From IMG/VR virus record IMGVR_UViG_3300048926_000477: a stretch of 64,000 bases of DNA. One strand, 5' to 3'. The position numbers and the translations under genes are program-made. Below, one piece after another: positions 44,843-54,721 of the stretch (its first letter is position 1; each line of letters begins with the position of its first letter). The notes beneath the pieces were generated by a model. It was given only the letters and a program-made list of their open reading frames with translations. It was not told the origin of the DNA and ran no database searches. Source of the stretch: a virus.

Positions 44843-45222
44843 AGGTCATCGACCTCCCCCAGGGCGCCGGCAAGACCACGCAGCTCGTCGAGTCCATGCT
44901 GCAGCCCGGCAACGAGGACGTGATCTACATCGCGCCCACCATCGCCCAGGCTGACCACGCCCGTCGCATGGCCGCCAGCATGATCCTCGATCGCGCGAGC
45001 GCTTTGCTCGGCTTCGACATGAGCGTCATCGTGCCCACGGTCTCCCGGGCGGGCAAGCTCGGCCGACGCTTCATGGGCGCCAGCCAGCTGGCGAACCACC
45101 CGCGCCAGCTCATCGACGCCCGCGTCGTGATCGACGAGCTCCCCGGGGTGCTCTACGTGCTCGCCGGCTGCGCCCGCGTGGAGACGGTCGCCCTCACCAG
45201 CAATGAGGAGCGGACGCCGTAA
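44839..45222 (+). CDS. small P-loop NTPase
   Basis: Walker A DLPQGAGKTTQL; DE-type Walker B VVIDELPG. Confidence 0.45.
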   Translation: MKVIDLPQGAGKTTQLVESMLQPGNEDVIYIAPTIAQADHARRMAASMILDRASALLGFDMSVIVPTVSRAGKLGRRFMGASQLANHPRQLIDARVVIDELPGVLYVLAGCARVETVALTSNEERTP

Positions 45223-45461
45223 TGAACCCCGACGCACCCCTCGGACTCGTCCCGGCACCAGGCTGGCCTGTTCGGATCAACGAGCGCCTGGACCCGACGA
45301 TGGACATGGTCGAGGTCCGCATACGCCCCGACCAGGAGGCGATGATCCTCATCCCGCTCGAGGCCGCCGGCGACAAGGGCTACGTCGCCGAGGCCGTCCG
45401 TTACGCAGCGGAGAACCTCGCCAACCGTGTCATCTCCCAGTTCCAGGAGGCAGTGAAGTGA
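45222..45461 (+). CDS. hypothetical protein
   Basis: 79 aa. Confidence 0.4.
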   Translation: MNPDAPLGLVPAPGWPVRINERLDPTMDMVEVRIRPDQEAMILIPLEAAGDKGYVAEAVRYAAENLANRVISQFQEAVK

Positions 45462-45778
45462 CCAGCCGCCGCCTCCAGACTCGCCGTCTGCGGCTGCGCG
45501 GCGCGCCTCCGCTCGAGCACAACGCACACATCTCAGCGGCCAAGGCGAGCGCCCGCCGCATCCGCCGACAGATCGCCGCTCAACGACGCCTCGCAATCGC
45601 GTATCGGAAGCTCTATCACACGCTTGGGGCACTGAGCCTCGGTGCCAACCAGGCCGCAAAGGCCATCGGTGGCTTCACTGACGCGCTGTCGGACCAGCAA
45701 TCCGTGCGGACCCGCCACGTAGCCGTCGGCGTGGTCCACCGTGGCAAGTTCTACTTCCCAGCCCAGCCCAACTTCTGA
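45458..45778 (+). CDS. hypothetical basic protein
   Basis: GTG start with GTGA overlap; Arg-rich. Confidence 0.35.
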   Translation: MTSRRLQTRRLRLRGAPPLEHNAHISAAKASARRIRRQIAAQRRLAIAYRKLYHTLGALSLGANQAAKAIGGFTDALSDQQSVRTRHVAVGVVHRGKFYFPAQPNF

Positions 45779-45812
45779 CCCATAGCCCCCCCGAGAGAGG
45801 AATTAGCTAGAT

Positions 45813-46088
45813 ATGTCCAACTTCAACAGTGACATCGTTCTCGGCGACGAGTACGAGGACACCCAGACCGAGTTTCGTGGCATCGCCACGGCGATCTACT
45901 TCTACCAGTACGGCTGTGAGCGGGTGAACCTCGAGGCCTTCGACAAGAAGACCAAGGACATCCGCTCGCTCACCTTCGACGCGCCCCGCCTGCGACACGT
46001 CAAGACCGGCAGGGTCGCGACCGTGACGCGTACAGGTGGTCCCGGAAACGGACGCGAGGCGCGCCGTGACGAGGGGGCTCGTCGATGA
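45813..46088 (+). CDS. hypothetical protein
   Basis: The palindrome ttagctagat directly abuts the ATG; SD gagagagg. Confidence 0.4.
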   Translation: MSNFNSDIVLGDEYEDTQTEFRGIATAIYFYQYGCERVNLEAFDKKTKDIRSLTFDAPRLRHVKTGRVATVTRTGGPGNGREARRDEGARR

Positions 46089-46342
46089 GCCATTTCAACC
46101 CCGCCTTCAAGTCCAGCGCTGACCAGGATGCCGCGATCGCCCTGATCGTAGATCACGGTCTCGACCCGAGGCTCATCCTCGCCGACGCACTCAGCGCGGA
46201 GGGCTACTACGTCTTCCGTGAGGGTGAGCCGAGGTTTCTCGACCCGGACTCGGACGAGCCGAACGTCGAGCTCCGCCCCTGGCCCGAGGGTTTCCCCTGG
46301 AGCGAGCTCGAGTCCCACCTCACGTCGGAGGTGCTCCGATGA
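46085..46342 (+). CDS. hypothetical protein
   Basis: 85 aa. Confidence 0.4.
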   Translation: MSHFNPAFKSSADQDAAIALIVDHGLDPRLILADALSAEGYYVFREGEPRFLDPDSDEPNVELRPWPEGFPWSELESHLTSEVLR

Positions 46343-46497
46343 GCAGCGCCACATCCATCACCGGCGGTCTCGCCCGGCTCGGCGCCCGCGAGGTGTTCGC
46401 CCTGGCCACCGCCAAGCGACTCGCTCGCGAGGCGACTGACCAGGACTTCCACAACGTCGTCACGGTCGACGAGAACGGCAAGGAGGACTGGTCGTGA
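46339..46497 (+). CDS. small hypothetical protein (52 aa)
   Basis: ATGA and GTGA overlaps with its neighbours. Confidence 0.3.
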   Translation: MSSATSITGGLARLGAREVFALATAKRLAREATDQDFHNVVTVDENGKEDWS

Positions 46498-46880
46498 ACG
46501 CCGAAGAACTTGAGCCCTTGACCGAGGCCCGCGAACAGCTCGCCACCGCGGTGATCGGACGCAAGATCACGCGAGTCGAGCGCTCTGGTCGGGGCCGCGA
46601 CTGGGATCCGATCGAGATCACTCTCGATGATGGAGCGGTCGTGAAGCTGGATGGATACGGCGACTGCTGCGCATTCGCTGGCGTCGACGCGTTCACCTTC
46701 CTGCCCGGAGTAGAACACGTCATCACCAACGTCACCCCATCTGGCAATGGTGAGCAGTGGTTCATCCTGGCGAACCTCGCCGAAGTTCTCACCCTCGACG
46801 TTTCGGCTAGCGAAGGCAGCGGCTACTACAGCTTCGGCATCGCAGTAAGCGTCACCCGATCGAAGGAGGCAGCAGCGTGA
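46494..46880 (+). CDS. hypothetical protein
   Basis: 128 aa. Confidence 0.4.
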   Translation: MNAEELEPLTEAREQLATAVIGRKITRVERSGRGRDWDPIEITLDDGAVVKLDGYGDCCAFAGVDAFTFLPGVEHVITNVTPSGNGEQWFILANLAEVLTLDVSASEGSGYYSFGIAVSVTRSKEAAA

Positions 46881-47143
46881 GCGACCGCATCTACCAGTCC
46901 ATCGACATGCCTCAGGACTATCACGCCCAGCCGGCGACCATTGCGGCCGCCGTGGCTGCAGCCCTGACCAACCTCGAGGACAAGGTCAAGGCGCGCGGCC
47001 TGCGCCCGATCTGGGACACCGTCGAGATTGCCACGGAGGCTAACGAGATCGACGAGTCGACCTTCGCCGAGAGCGACACCTACCGCATCACCACCGGCGA
47101 GGTGTCTGTCCTCGCCGTCGACCCCAAGGAGGTCTCCGAGTGA
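46877..47143 (+). CDS. hypothetical protein
   Basis: 88 aa. Confidence 0.4.
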   Translation: MSDRIYQSIDMPQDYHAQPATIAAAVAAALTNLEDKVKARGLRPIWDTVEIATEANEIDESTFAESDTYRITTGEVSVLAVDPKEVSE

Positions 47144-47421
47144 GCACCGCATCCACCCTCACCGTCGACGAGTTCATCGAGGTTCGCACCGAGGTCGCGA
47201 AGCGCCTCGGCGAGAACAGCCAGACGCAGGTCCCCACCCGTGAGCGCCAGGCCGAGAAGCTCATGCGTCTCGGGTACATCAACTTCGAGGCCGTGCTGCT
47301 GGTGTTGCACCCGCCGGCTCCGCCCGAGCCGGCCGAAGGCGAGAAGACCGTCACCCGACTCCTGGAAGACCTCGAGGAGCCCGACGCCAACCCCTACGAC
47401 TACCAGGAGGACCCCCAGTGA
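47140..47421 (+). CDS. hypothetical protein
   Basis: 93 aa. Confidence 0.4.
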   Translation: MSTASTLTVDEFIEVRTEVAKRLGENSQTQVPTRERQAEKLMRLGYINFEAVLLVLHPPAPPEPAEGEKTVTRLLEDLEEPDANPYDYQEDPQ

Positions 47422-47747
47422 CCGCTCTCGACCTCGATGAGGCCTTCAAGCGCCTCGACAGCTACAACAACGAGACGAAGAGCCTCGCCAGGCAGGAGAT
47501 CCGCCGCGAGTTCGCCCGTCTGCAGCTCCTTGAGCCGCAGGCTGCGGCATACCGCGAGATCGCAGAGAGTCAGGCGCGCGACATTGCGATCCTGTCCACC
47601 CAGCTCGCCGTCAAGGCCAACGAACCACTCGCCGTCTCCCTCGGCCAGAACGAGTACGCGAACATCGCCGCGACCGTGCACCAGCTCCTCGTGGATCTCG
47701 AGCTCGTGCCGGCACCGACCGTCCCGTCGGGAGGGCAGCTCTCGTGA
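47418..47747 (+). CDS. hypothetical coiled-coil protein
   Basis: 109 aa. Confidence 0.4.
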   Translation: MTALDLDEAFKRLDSYNNETKSLARQEIRREFARLQLLEPQAAAYREIAESQARDIAILSTQLAVKANEPLAVSLGQNEYANIAATVHQLLVDLELVPAPTVPSGGQLS

Positions 47748-48247
47748 CCACGACCACCGAGTACGAGTTCCAGGTCCTCTCCCCCGGCCAGGTCGACGCG
47801 ATCCGTTCGTTGCAGAGTTTCATCGGCGCGATGAACGCTGAGAAGGGCTTCCACGACGAGGGCGACAACCTCCGGTCGATGGACAACGTCTTCGACGACG
47901 AGGGCTTCACCGCTCCCTACCTGCGGAACTACTACACCGCGCGCCTGGCGCTCGTCACCACCGAGGTCGCCGAGGCGGTCGAGGAGTTGCGCAACGGCCG
48001 CGCCGTCGATGAGACGTACTACCTCTACGAGGATGGCGGCGAGGCTGTCGCGCACGGGAATCGTCCAGCCTCCGTCGACCCGATGGACCGCCCTCGCAAG
48101 CCCGAAGGCGTCCCCTCCGAGGTCGCCGACGTAGTGGTGCGCTCGTTCGACTTCGCGGACGAGGCCCAGTTCGACCTCGCCGAGATCCTGGACCGCAAGC
48201 TCGCCTACAACGCGAGCCGGCCCAAGATGCACGGCCGGAAGTTCTGA
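47744..48247 (+). CDS. mazG: MazG-like nucleoside triphosphate pyrophosphohydrolase
   Basis: TTEVAEAVEELR and EVADVVVRSFDFADEAQFDLAEILDRKLAYNASR match the MazG EExxE/D metal-binding helices. Confidence 0.6.
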   Translation: MTTTTEYEFQVLSPGQVDAIRSLQSFIGAMNAEKGFHDEGDNLRSMDNVFDDEGFTAPYLRNYYTARLALVTTEVAEAVEELRNGRAVDETYYLYEDGGEAVAHGNRPASVDPMDRPRKPEGVPSEVADVVVRSFDFADEAQFDLAEILDRKLAYNASRPKMHGRKF

Positions 48248-48249
48248 CC

Positions 48250-48483
48250 ATGAGCGCGCCATCCCCCGCCGTCGGCCAGCGCTGGCTCCGCGACCGTGAC
48301 GGTCACGAGGTCGCGATCACCGGCATCCTCGACAACCACCGCGGCGATGTCCTTGAGATTGCCTACCGTCGAGTCCAGGAGGATGGCGCGCTCCTCGGCA
48401 GCACGAGCCGCCTGCTCCCCCACACCTTCGCCCGCCGCTTCACCCTCATCGAGAAGGAGACCCGAGATGGTTCTGCTGGATAA
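48250..48483 (+). CDS. hypothetical protein
   Basis: 77 aa. Confidence 0.4.
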   Translation: MSAPSPAVGQRWLRDRDGHEVAITGILDNHRGDVLEIAYRRVQEDGALLGSTSRLLPHTFARRFTLIEKETRDGSAG

Positions 48484-48599
48484 CCGCCCCCGTGGCCCGA
48501 GGTTCAACCCTGGCGTGTACCTCTTCCTCATGCTCGCCCTCTGCGGCCTCGCCGCACTCGGCGCACTCGCCGTCGGCGCCTGAGAGAACGGAGAAGCAC

Positions 48600-48818
48600 A
48601 TGGGAGCACGCGTAGCGTTCCGAAACCGAGCCAACGGCGCACGACTGGATGGGGAGTTCATTGCGGACACCGGCGTCGCCTGGCTCGTCAAGCCCGACGG
48701 GGGCTACCCCGTCTACACGGTCCAGCGCAGCGAGTGGGACTCCGTCGAGCCCGCACCGACGCGCGGCGGCCGCAACAGCCCGTTCGACGACCTGTTTCGG
48801 GGTCAGTGGCATGGCTGA
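48600..48818 (+). CDS. hypothetical protein
   Basis: ATG 48600 after SD ggagaag. Confidence 0.35.
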   Translation: MGARVAFRNRANGARLDGEFIADTGVAWLVKPDGGYPVYTVQRSEWDSVEPAPTRGGRNSPFDDLFRGQWHG

Positions 48819-49074
48819 GCAGATCGCCGAACTCGAGGCGCTTATCGCCGCCCCCGTCGGCCCCTTCGTGCGGCTGAGCATCGCCGTCGATGAATCCCCC
48901 GCCTCAGACGCCCCCGTGGGCACCAAGGTCGAGAGTCGCGTGCTCAGCTTCGGCCACACACTCCCCGCCGGCTTCCCTGAGCGCTTCAACGAACCCGCTC
49001 AGCGAGCCTTCGCCAACCTGTTCGGCGCCGCCGCTGCACAGATGTTCCTCGAACACTTCAAGGAGTCCGAATGA
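48811..49074 (+). CDS. hypothetical protein
   Basis: ATG 48811 overlaps the upstream stop. Confidence 0.35.
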   Translation: MAEQIAELEALIAAPVGPFVRLSIAVDESPASDAPVGTKVESRVLSFGHTLPAGFPERFNEPAQRAFANLFGAAAAQMFLEHFKESE

Positions 49075-49286
49075 GCCCTCACCGCTGGCAGGTCGTCGTC
49101 AAGCCCGGCCCCTTGGGCATCGGGTGGATCGTCAGGCTCGAGAAGAGTCTGCTGCTGTACGGCCCGCGCCTCCGCTCGGCCCTCGGGCCCCGGTTCGCCT
49201 GGTGGTGGCGCCCCACGCACGCCGCCGCAGTCACGAAGGGTTTCGCGCTCGTCACCGAACTCGAGCGACCGAAGGGAATTAGCTAG
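49071..49286 (+). CDS. hypothetical protein
   Basis: 71 aa. Confidence 0.35.
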   Translation: MSPHRWQVVVKPGPLGIGWIVRLEKSLLLYGPRLRSALGPRFAWWWRPTHAAAVTKGFALVTELERPKGIS

Positions 49287-49520
49287 ATGACCGCCTACCT
49301 CGACCGCACCCGCAGCTGGGGCGAGCGCAACGGCGGCGTATCCGACCCCCGCCTCATCCGCCGCCTCGACAACATCCCCGCCAACACCGAAGAGGAGATC
49401 GCCGCCGTGAAGCGCATGATCGCCACCCACTTCCCCGGCGCCGACCCCGCGTCGACGACGACCCGCCACCAGCTGGAGGCCATGCTCCTTCCCGCAGACG
49501 ACCTGGCGCTGGCAGCATGA
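49287..49520 (+). CDS. hypothetical protein
   Basis: The palindrome ttagctag overlaps the ATG. Confidence 0.4.
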   Translation: MTAYLDRTRSWGERNGGVSDPRLIRRLDNIPANTEEEIAAVKRMIATHFPGADPASTTTRHQLEAMLLPADDLALAA

Positions 49521-50245
49521 CCGGCCAGCTGCTCGTCTTTGACACCGAGACAACTTCGGCGAACCCGGAAGAGGCCCGGATCGTCAGCGCCTACCTCGGC
49601 ATGCTCGCCGGCGACGGCTCGATCGTCATCGAGAAGGAGTGGATCGTCCAGCCCGACGGCTGGGTCATCCCTGACGAGGCTGCCGCTATCCACGGCATCA
49701 GCACGGAGGAGGCGACCGAACGTGGCGCCCCACTCGAGGACGTGCTGCGCGAGATCTGCCAGATCATCGCCAACCAGGTGGGGGCGCACTATGCCCCGCT
49801 GGCGGGCCAGAACCTCCAGTACGACCTGACGCTCCTCGACCGCGAGATGAAGCGCCTGTGGCCCGGCTCCGGCGTCCAGGAGGTGCTCGGAGACGGCGTG
49901 GTGCTCGACTCGCTCGTCATCGACAAGGAGATCGACAAGTACCGCAAGGGCAAGCGCATCCTCACGGCGATGACGGCGCACTACGGCGTGTCGCTCTCCG
50001 AGGAGGAAGCCCACGGCGCTCGCGCCGACGCCGTCGCCGCCGGCCGCGTCATCCAGGCGATGGCGCGACACCCCAAGGGCGGCGTGCTGCGCGCCCTGCC
50101 GCTGCGACTGCTGCACCAGAAGCAGGTCCAGTGGAAGGCCGAGCAGGCCGCCAGCCTGCAGCACTACTTCCGCACCAAGGGAGGCGAGCCGGACGCCGTC
50201 GTGCGCGGCGAGTGGCCCTTCATCCCCGCGGCGACCGCCGCCTAA
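49517..50245 (+). CDS. DnaQ-like (DEDDh) 3'-5' exonuclease
   Basis: Exo I LLVFDTETTS; Exo II QNLQYDLTLL; Exo III YGVSLSEEEAHGARADAVA. Confidence 0.65.
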   Translation: MTGQLLVFDTETTSANPEEARIVSAYLGMLAGDGSIVIEKEWIVQPDGWVIPDEAAAIHGISTEEATERGAPLEDVLREICQIIANQVGAHYAPLAGQNLQYDLTLLDREMKRLWPGSGVQEVLGDGVVLDSLVIDKEIDKYRKGKRILTAMTAHYGVSLSEEEAHGARADAVAAGRVIQAMARHPKGGVLRALPLRLLHQKQVQWKAEQAASLQHYFRTKGGEPDAVVRGEWPFIPAATAA

Positions 50246-50261
50246 TCGACCAGGAGAGAAC

Positions 50262-50576
50262 ATGACCCCCACCCCGAAGCCCACGCCCCGCCCGCAGGCG
50301 ACCGCCACCCCTTCCGCGGCCCAGTCGGCCCCCGCCGCAGATCTGTCCTTGCTCGACAAGGAGCTCGAGGATCTGCTCATCGAGGAGGTCTCACTCAAGG
50401 ATGCGGTCGCGTCCCTGATCGCCGCGCTCGAGCTGGATGAGCGCGATGTCCAGTCGATCGACATCCGCCCGCACGGCACAATCCGCCTCCGCCTCGAGGG
50501 CAACGTCGCGCGCTCGATCACCTTCCCCGCCCTGCAGCGTCACAAGCGCGACGACGAGAACCGCATCATCCGATGA
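50262..50576 (+). CDS. hypothetical protein
   Basis: 104 aa. Confidence 0.4.
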   Translation: MTPTPKPTPRPQATATPSAAQSAPAADLSLLDKELEDLLIEEVSLKDAVASLIAALELDERDVQSIDIRPHGTIRLRLEGNVARSITFPALQRHKRDDENRIIR

Positions 50577-51151
50577 ACGGGCTCAGGATCCTCGTCGACC
50601 TGGACGGCGTCGTCGCCGACTGGGGAGGCGCCTACGGGCGCCGCCTCGACGCCTACGGCGCCGCAGCCGCCGGCATCCCTCGACACCGCGACCAGCTCAC
50701 CTTCGACCTGAACGAGGGGCGCACGGACGCCGAGAAGCGCATCATCGCCGCCATCATGGTGGAGCCCGGCTTCTACGCCGAGCTCGAGCCGATCGCCGGC
50801 GCGCGCTCCGTGCTGAAGGCGCTGCGTGCACAGGGCCACGAGATCTACTTCGTGACCAGCCCGTGGGTGTCCAATCCCACCTGCGCGAGCGACAAGCTCA
50901 ACTGGGTCGCCCGCGTCTACGGCGACCACTGGGCCCAGCGCACGATCATCACCTCCGAGAAGCACCTCGTCCGCGGTGACGTGCTCATCGACGACAAGCC
51001 CGAGATCAAGAACGCCGCCGACGCCGAGTGGCGCCACATCCTCTTCACGCAGCCCTACAACGCACACATCGACGATCATCGAGCGCGGCTCGACAGCTGG
51101 ACGCTCGATGGCGCGGCGTGGGCGATCACGCAGGCGGTGATGGGGCGATGA
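50573..51151 (+). CDS. HAD-family 5'(3')-deoxyribonucleotidase
   Basis: LVDLDGVVAD (HAD motif I), a YFVTSP-type motif II, GDVLIDDKPE (motif III/IV). Confidence 0.55.
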   Translation: MNGLRILVDLDGVVADWGGAYGRRLDAYGAAAAGIPRHRDQLTFDLNEGRTDAEKRIIAAIMVEPGFYAELEPIAGARSVLKALRAQGHEIYFVTSPWVSNPTCASDKLNWVARVYGDHWAQRTIITSEKHLVRGDVLIDDKPEIKNAADAEWRHILFTQPYNAHIDDHRARLDSWTLDGAAWAITQAVMGR

Positions 51152-51375
51152 CCGCCGCGAATCTCGTCCCTCACGGCCACATGAAGCAGTGGAACGTCAC
51201 CGGCGTCGCGCTCTTCCCCGCCAGCAAGCCTGACCAGAAGCCGCAAGACCGTACGGTCATGGCCGAGCTCTTCATCGGTGGCATCTGGGCGCCGACGATC
51301 GCCGAGGCCGAGCAGAAGTTCGCCGAGGCGTTCACCTTCGACGTGCGCGTCACGAAGGTCGAGGGGCACCGATGA
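51148..51375 (+). CDS. hypothetical protein
   Basis: 75 aa. Confidence 0.4.
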   Translation: MTAANLVPHGHMKQWNVTGVALFPASKPDQKPQDRTVMAELFIGGIWAPTIAEAEQKFAEAFTFDVRVTKVEGHR

Positions 51376-51974
51376 CCGCCCTCGTCGTCGGCCTCGGTGG
51401 CGCGCTGCGCTCCGGCAAGGACGCCATCGCAGATCACCTCGTCGCTCGCCACGGCTTCGTGAAGAAGGGCATGAGTGACCCGCTGCTCGAGCATGCCCTG
51501 ATCCTCGATCCGTACATCCCCGTGAACGCACACCCGGCTCGGGACATGCAAGGCGCCCTCAACGGCACCTTCATCCGGCTGTCGCACCTCGTCGAGGCTG
51601 TCGGCTACGTCGAAGCCAAGACCAACCCGGAGGTGCGCCGATTCATGCAGCAGGACGGCACCGAGGGTGGGCGTGACTTCCACGACGAGAACGTCTGGGT
51701 CAACCGCGCTGCGCGCGCGATCGACGACCACCTCTACGCCGACCAGCGCGTCGTGCTGACCGGCGTCCGCTTCCCGAATGAGCTCGCCATGGTGCGCCAG
51801 TTCGCCGGGAGCACCTGGTGGGTCTCACGGCCGGGCCTAGACTCCGCCTCTTCGGCCGCGGCGCACGCCAGCGAGAACGGCGTCGATGCGGCCATGTTCG
51901 ACCACATCATCACGAACGCCGGCTCGCTGGAGGATCTCTACGCGGCCGTCGACAGACTCATGGAGACCCTGTGA
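51372..51974 (+). CDS. deoxynucleoside monophosphate kinase-like P-loop kinase
   Basis: Walker A GLGGALRSGKD; sits among nucleotide-metabolism genes. Confidence 0.55.
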   Translation: MTALVVGLGGALRSGKDAIADHLVARHGFVKKGMSDPLLEHALILDPYIPVNAHPARDMQGALNGTFIRLSHLVEAVGYVEAKTNPEVRRFMQQDGTEGGRDFHDENVWVNRAARAIDDHLYADQRVVLTGVRFPNELAMVRQFAGSTWWVSRPGLDSASSAAAHASENGVDAAMFDHIITNAGSLEDLYAAVDRLMETL

Positions 51975-52195
51975 ACACCCACTCCGCAACCGGCACCCAC
52001 GAGATCGGACACACGCCGACCCTGACCATCTCGGGCGGCGCCGGCAACACCGACTCCCCCGAGGTGCACCTGCAGTTCCGCGAGAGCGACGAGAACTCGA
52101 TCCGCTCCCTCTTCGGCTGGTTCGACGCCGAGGCGCTCATTCGAGACATCGCGGCCGCCGCCGGCCTCGAGGTCTCCGTGGCGGCCGCCGCGTGA
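51971..52195 (+). CDS. hypothetical protein
   Basis: GTG start with GTGA overlap. Confidence 0.35.
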   Translation: MNTHSATGTHEIGHTPTLTISGGAGNTDSPEVHLQFRESDENSIRSLFGWFDAEALIRDIAAAAGLEVSVAAAA

Positions 52196-52479
52196 CCCGC
52201 CTGCACCTCTACGTCACCACCACCTGCCCCCGCTGTCGCGCCGTCGAGCGCTGGCTCAACGATCGAGACATTCCCTTCACCGAGACCAACATGGAGGCGT
52301 TGCCGCCGGCCGAGGCCGACGCGATCCGCTCCAGTCTCGCTGCTGATGGATACACGCAGGCACCCGCCGTCTACTTCACCGACGACGAGTCGGGCGTCGC
52401 GCTCTCCTTCACCGGTTTCGATGTGACCCAGCTCGAGACTATCCATGCCCATTTAGCTAGCAGATTGAACAACTCGTGA
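52192..52479 (+). CDS. nrdH: NrdH-like glutaredoxin
   Basis: LHLYVTTTCPRCRAVERWL is the CxxC thioredoxin-fold active site; 95 aa. Confidence 0.55.
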   Translation: MTRLHLYVTTTCPRCRAVERWLNDRDIPFTETNMEALPPAEADAIRSSLAADGYTQAPAVYFTDDESGVALSFTGFDVTQLETIHAHLASRLNNS

Positions 52480-52748
52480 CCCAGCAAAAGAAGCCCGGCC
52501 CCACCTACAAGCTCGTGGCGTCCCGGCGCGGCTACATCCGACGCGCGGGTGGACTCGAGGTGAGCGAGGCGCGCCTCGCGGACCTTCCCGAGCAGCCGCG
52601 GTCATTCGCCGAAGTGACTGGTACGTATGAGCATGTCGCGGCCGCCGCAGTGAAGGCGAACAACGTCCAGGAGCGCGCGAGCTACCTCGACTATCTCTAC
52701 TTCCCGGAGCTCGTCGACGAGAAGGAGCTCGCTCATGGGTCCGTTTAG
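52476..52748 (+). CDS. hypothetical protein
   Basis: 90 aa. Confidence 0.4.
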   Translation: MTQQKKPGPTYKLVASRRGYIRRAGGLEVSEARLADLPEQPRSFAEVTGTYEHVAAAAVKANNVQERASYLDYLYFPELVDEKELAHGSV

Positions 52749-52828
52749 CGCGGGCGAGCAGCTCCTCCTGGACCGGAGCCTTAAGGTCGAGTTCGTGCGA
52801 GAACTCGCCCCTGACCAGGCGATCGTGT

Positions 52829-53170
52829 CTATGGCTGGATCAACTCACGTTGTCCCCCTGCTGGCTCTTTCGCGCTCCGAAGGATAGGGCAGGCCTCCGA
52901 CACGAGGTGGGCGTCCCCGTTGGCGCCCGCCTTGCATCGGTGTGTTTCGAGGAGGAAGTCGATCGCCTGTGATGCGACATCCGCCCCGATCTCCCGCCGA
53001 AACGCGTTGGCCAGGATGTTCAGGTCGAACTCATAGCTGAAGCCTCGACCCCAGATGAATGCGCTGCCGTTGCGCACTTCCACCTGAACACTCCTGCCAC
53101 CGTCGATGTCTTTCAGCACCGTCGCCATCGTCAAAGTCCCCACAATCTCGGCGCGTCCTTGTAGCGCCAC
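52829..53170 (-). CDS. hypothetical protein on the opposite strand inside the lower-GC island
   Basis: 113 aa; the only - strand gene within the + strand arm; local drop in GC. Confidence 0.35.
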   Translation of the reverse strand: MALQGRAEIVGTLTMATVLKDIDGGRSVQVEVRNGSAFIWGRGFSYEFDLNILANAFRREIGADVASQAIDFLLETHRCKAGANGDAHLVSEACPILRSAKEPAGGQRELIQP

Positions 53171-53250
53171 CTAGTTCCGAGCGTAAGCTATGTCCGAGCA
53201 CGGTATAACCGGCTTCAGACATTCGAACACAAATACGATCCGGAGCTGTC

Positions 53251-54675
53251 ATGGAAACCGTTACGGATAAGGCCAGCCGTGCGCTGCCCACCTCATCCAT
53301 CAGTACCGACAAGGAATACTTCGCCACCCGCTACAAGCAGGGTGGTCGCACCGTTTACTCCCTGGCCCAGAGCCCAACGCAGGTCACCGGCCTGGTCAAG
53401 CGTCCTGACCCTAGCGCGTCGAACCCGGGAAACCGCCGAATCCGCCCGGACCACGCGAGCGCCTTCGCGCGCTACCTCATCGAGAACGACAATTGGGTCA
53501 TCCCGGGCATCATCCTGCGCGCGCCGAGCATCTTCAGCTTCGAGGAGGACGCCGACGCGGTTGGCTTCCAGACGGGCGTGATGCGCTACGCCGAGCGCAA
53601 CCAGGGCGATATCCAGATACTCGACGGCCAGCACCGAATCCTCGGCTTCCACATGGCTCACGACATGCTGGACGCTCGCATGGACAAGGCGCGGTCGGCC
53701 CGAGCCACCGCGCGCCGCGTGCAGGACGACAACGCAATCAAGGCCGCCGAGGCCGAGATCCGCCAGCTTGACGCCGTGCGCGAGCGCCTCGCGACCGAGC
53801 GCTTCACGGTCGAGATCCACGTAACCGACGACCTGCAGGCGTACCGCCAGATGTTCTTCGATATCGCGGAGAACGCGCTCGGCATCACCGCCTCCGTCAA
53901 GGCGCGCTTCGATGCGCGGAAGGTCGTCAACCGCGCGCTGCCGACGGTGCTCGAGCAATCCCTCCTTGAGGGGCGAGTGGACCTCGAAGCCGACCGCATC
54001 CCGCCGACGAGCACCTACTACCTCGCCGCGCGACACGTCATGGAGACGCTGCGGGTGCTGACCGTCGGCTACGACGGCCGTGTGAGCAAGCGGATGGACA
54101 AGGAGATGAGCGAGGTGGAGATCGCACGCCGCGGCGTGGAGTTCTTCGACGGCCTCGTCGCTGCCTTCCCCGTTCTCACCACGCTCAAGGCCGGTCAGAT
54201 CACGCCCGAGCAGATCCGCAAGAGCTCGCTCATGGGCTCGCCGGCCTTCATCCGCGTGCTCGCCGGTGTCTTCTACGAGCTGACCACGAACCACTCCTAC
54301 ACGCCGAGCATGGTGTTCGAGTTCTTCGGCCGCCTGGCGAAGCACACCAACGCTTCTGCGCACGCCAACTCGATCTGGCGCAAGTACGCTGCTCCCGAGG
54401 CGTTCCACGAGGGCGCCTGGGGCCCGAACCAGCGCCGCCAGGACGCCAAGGGCCTCGTCATGACGATCGCCGACTGGGCGATCGACAAGGAGCCCTTCGT
54501 CGACGCCGAGGCCGAGCCGGCGCCGGTGATCGAAGAGGAAGAGATCGACGAGGACGCACTGATCGACTTCGCCATGGGCCACAACACGAAGCCCCTGGAC
54601 GTGGAGCTGCGCAACGAGGCCGAGGATATCGCCGCTGCGTCGAAAGCCCGCGTGAAGGCCAAGACCACGTCGTAG
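53251..54675 (+). CDS. DGQHR-domain (DndB-like, ParB/Srx-fold) protein
   Basis: 474 aa; exact motif QILDGQHRILG with an upstream FQTGVMRYAERNQGD block, as in DndB/DGQHR proteins; SD ggag; followed by a strong terminator. Confidence 0.65.
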   Translation: METVTDKASRALPTSSISTDKEYFATRYKQGGRTVYSLAQSPTQVTGLVKRPDPSASNPGNRRIRPDHASAFARYLIENDNWVIPGIILRAPSIFSFEEDADAVGFQTGVMRYAERNQGDIQILDGQHRILGFHMAHDMLDARMDKARSARATARRVQDDNAIKAAEAEIRQLDAVRERLATERFTVEIHVTDDLQAYRQMFFDIAENALGITASVKARFDARKVVNRALPTVLEQSLLEGRVDLEADRIPPTSTYYLAARHVMETLRVLTVGYDGRVSKRMDKEMSEVEIARRGVEFFDGLVAAFPVLTTLKAGQITPEQIRKSSLMGSPAFIRVLAGVFYELTTNHSYTPSMVFEFFGRLAKHTNASAHANSIWRKYAAPEAFHEGAWGPNQRRQDAKGLVMTIADWAIDKEPFVDAEAEPAPVIEEEEIDEDALIDFAMGHNTKPLDVELRNEAEDIAAASKARVKAKTTS

Positions 54676-54721
54676 ACTGCGCTCCACCCTGCCAGGCCTC
54701 CTTCCCGAGGCCCGATTGACA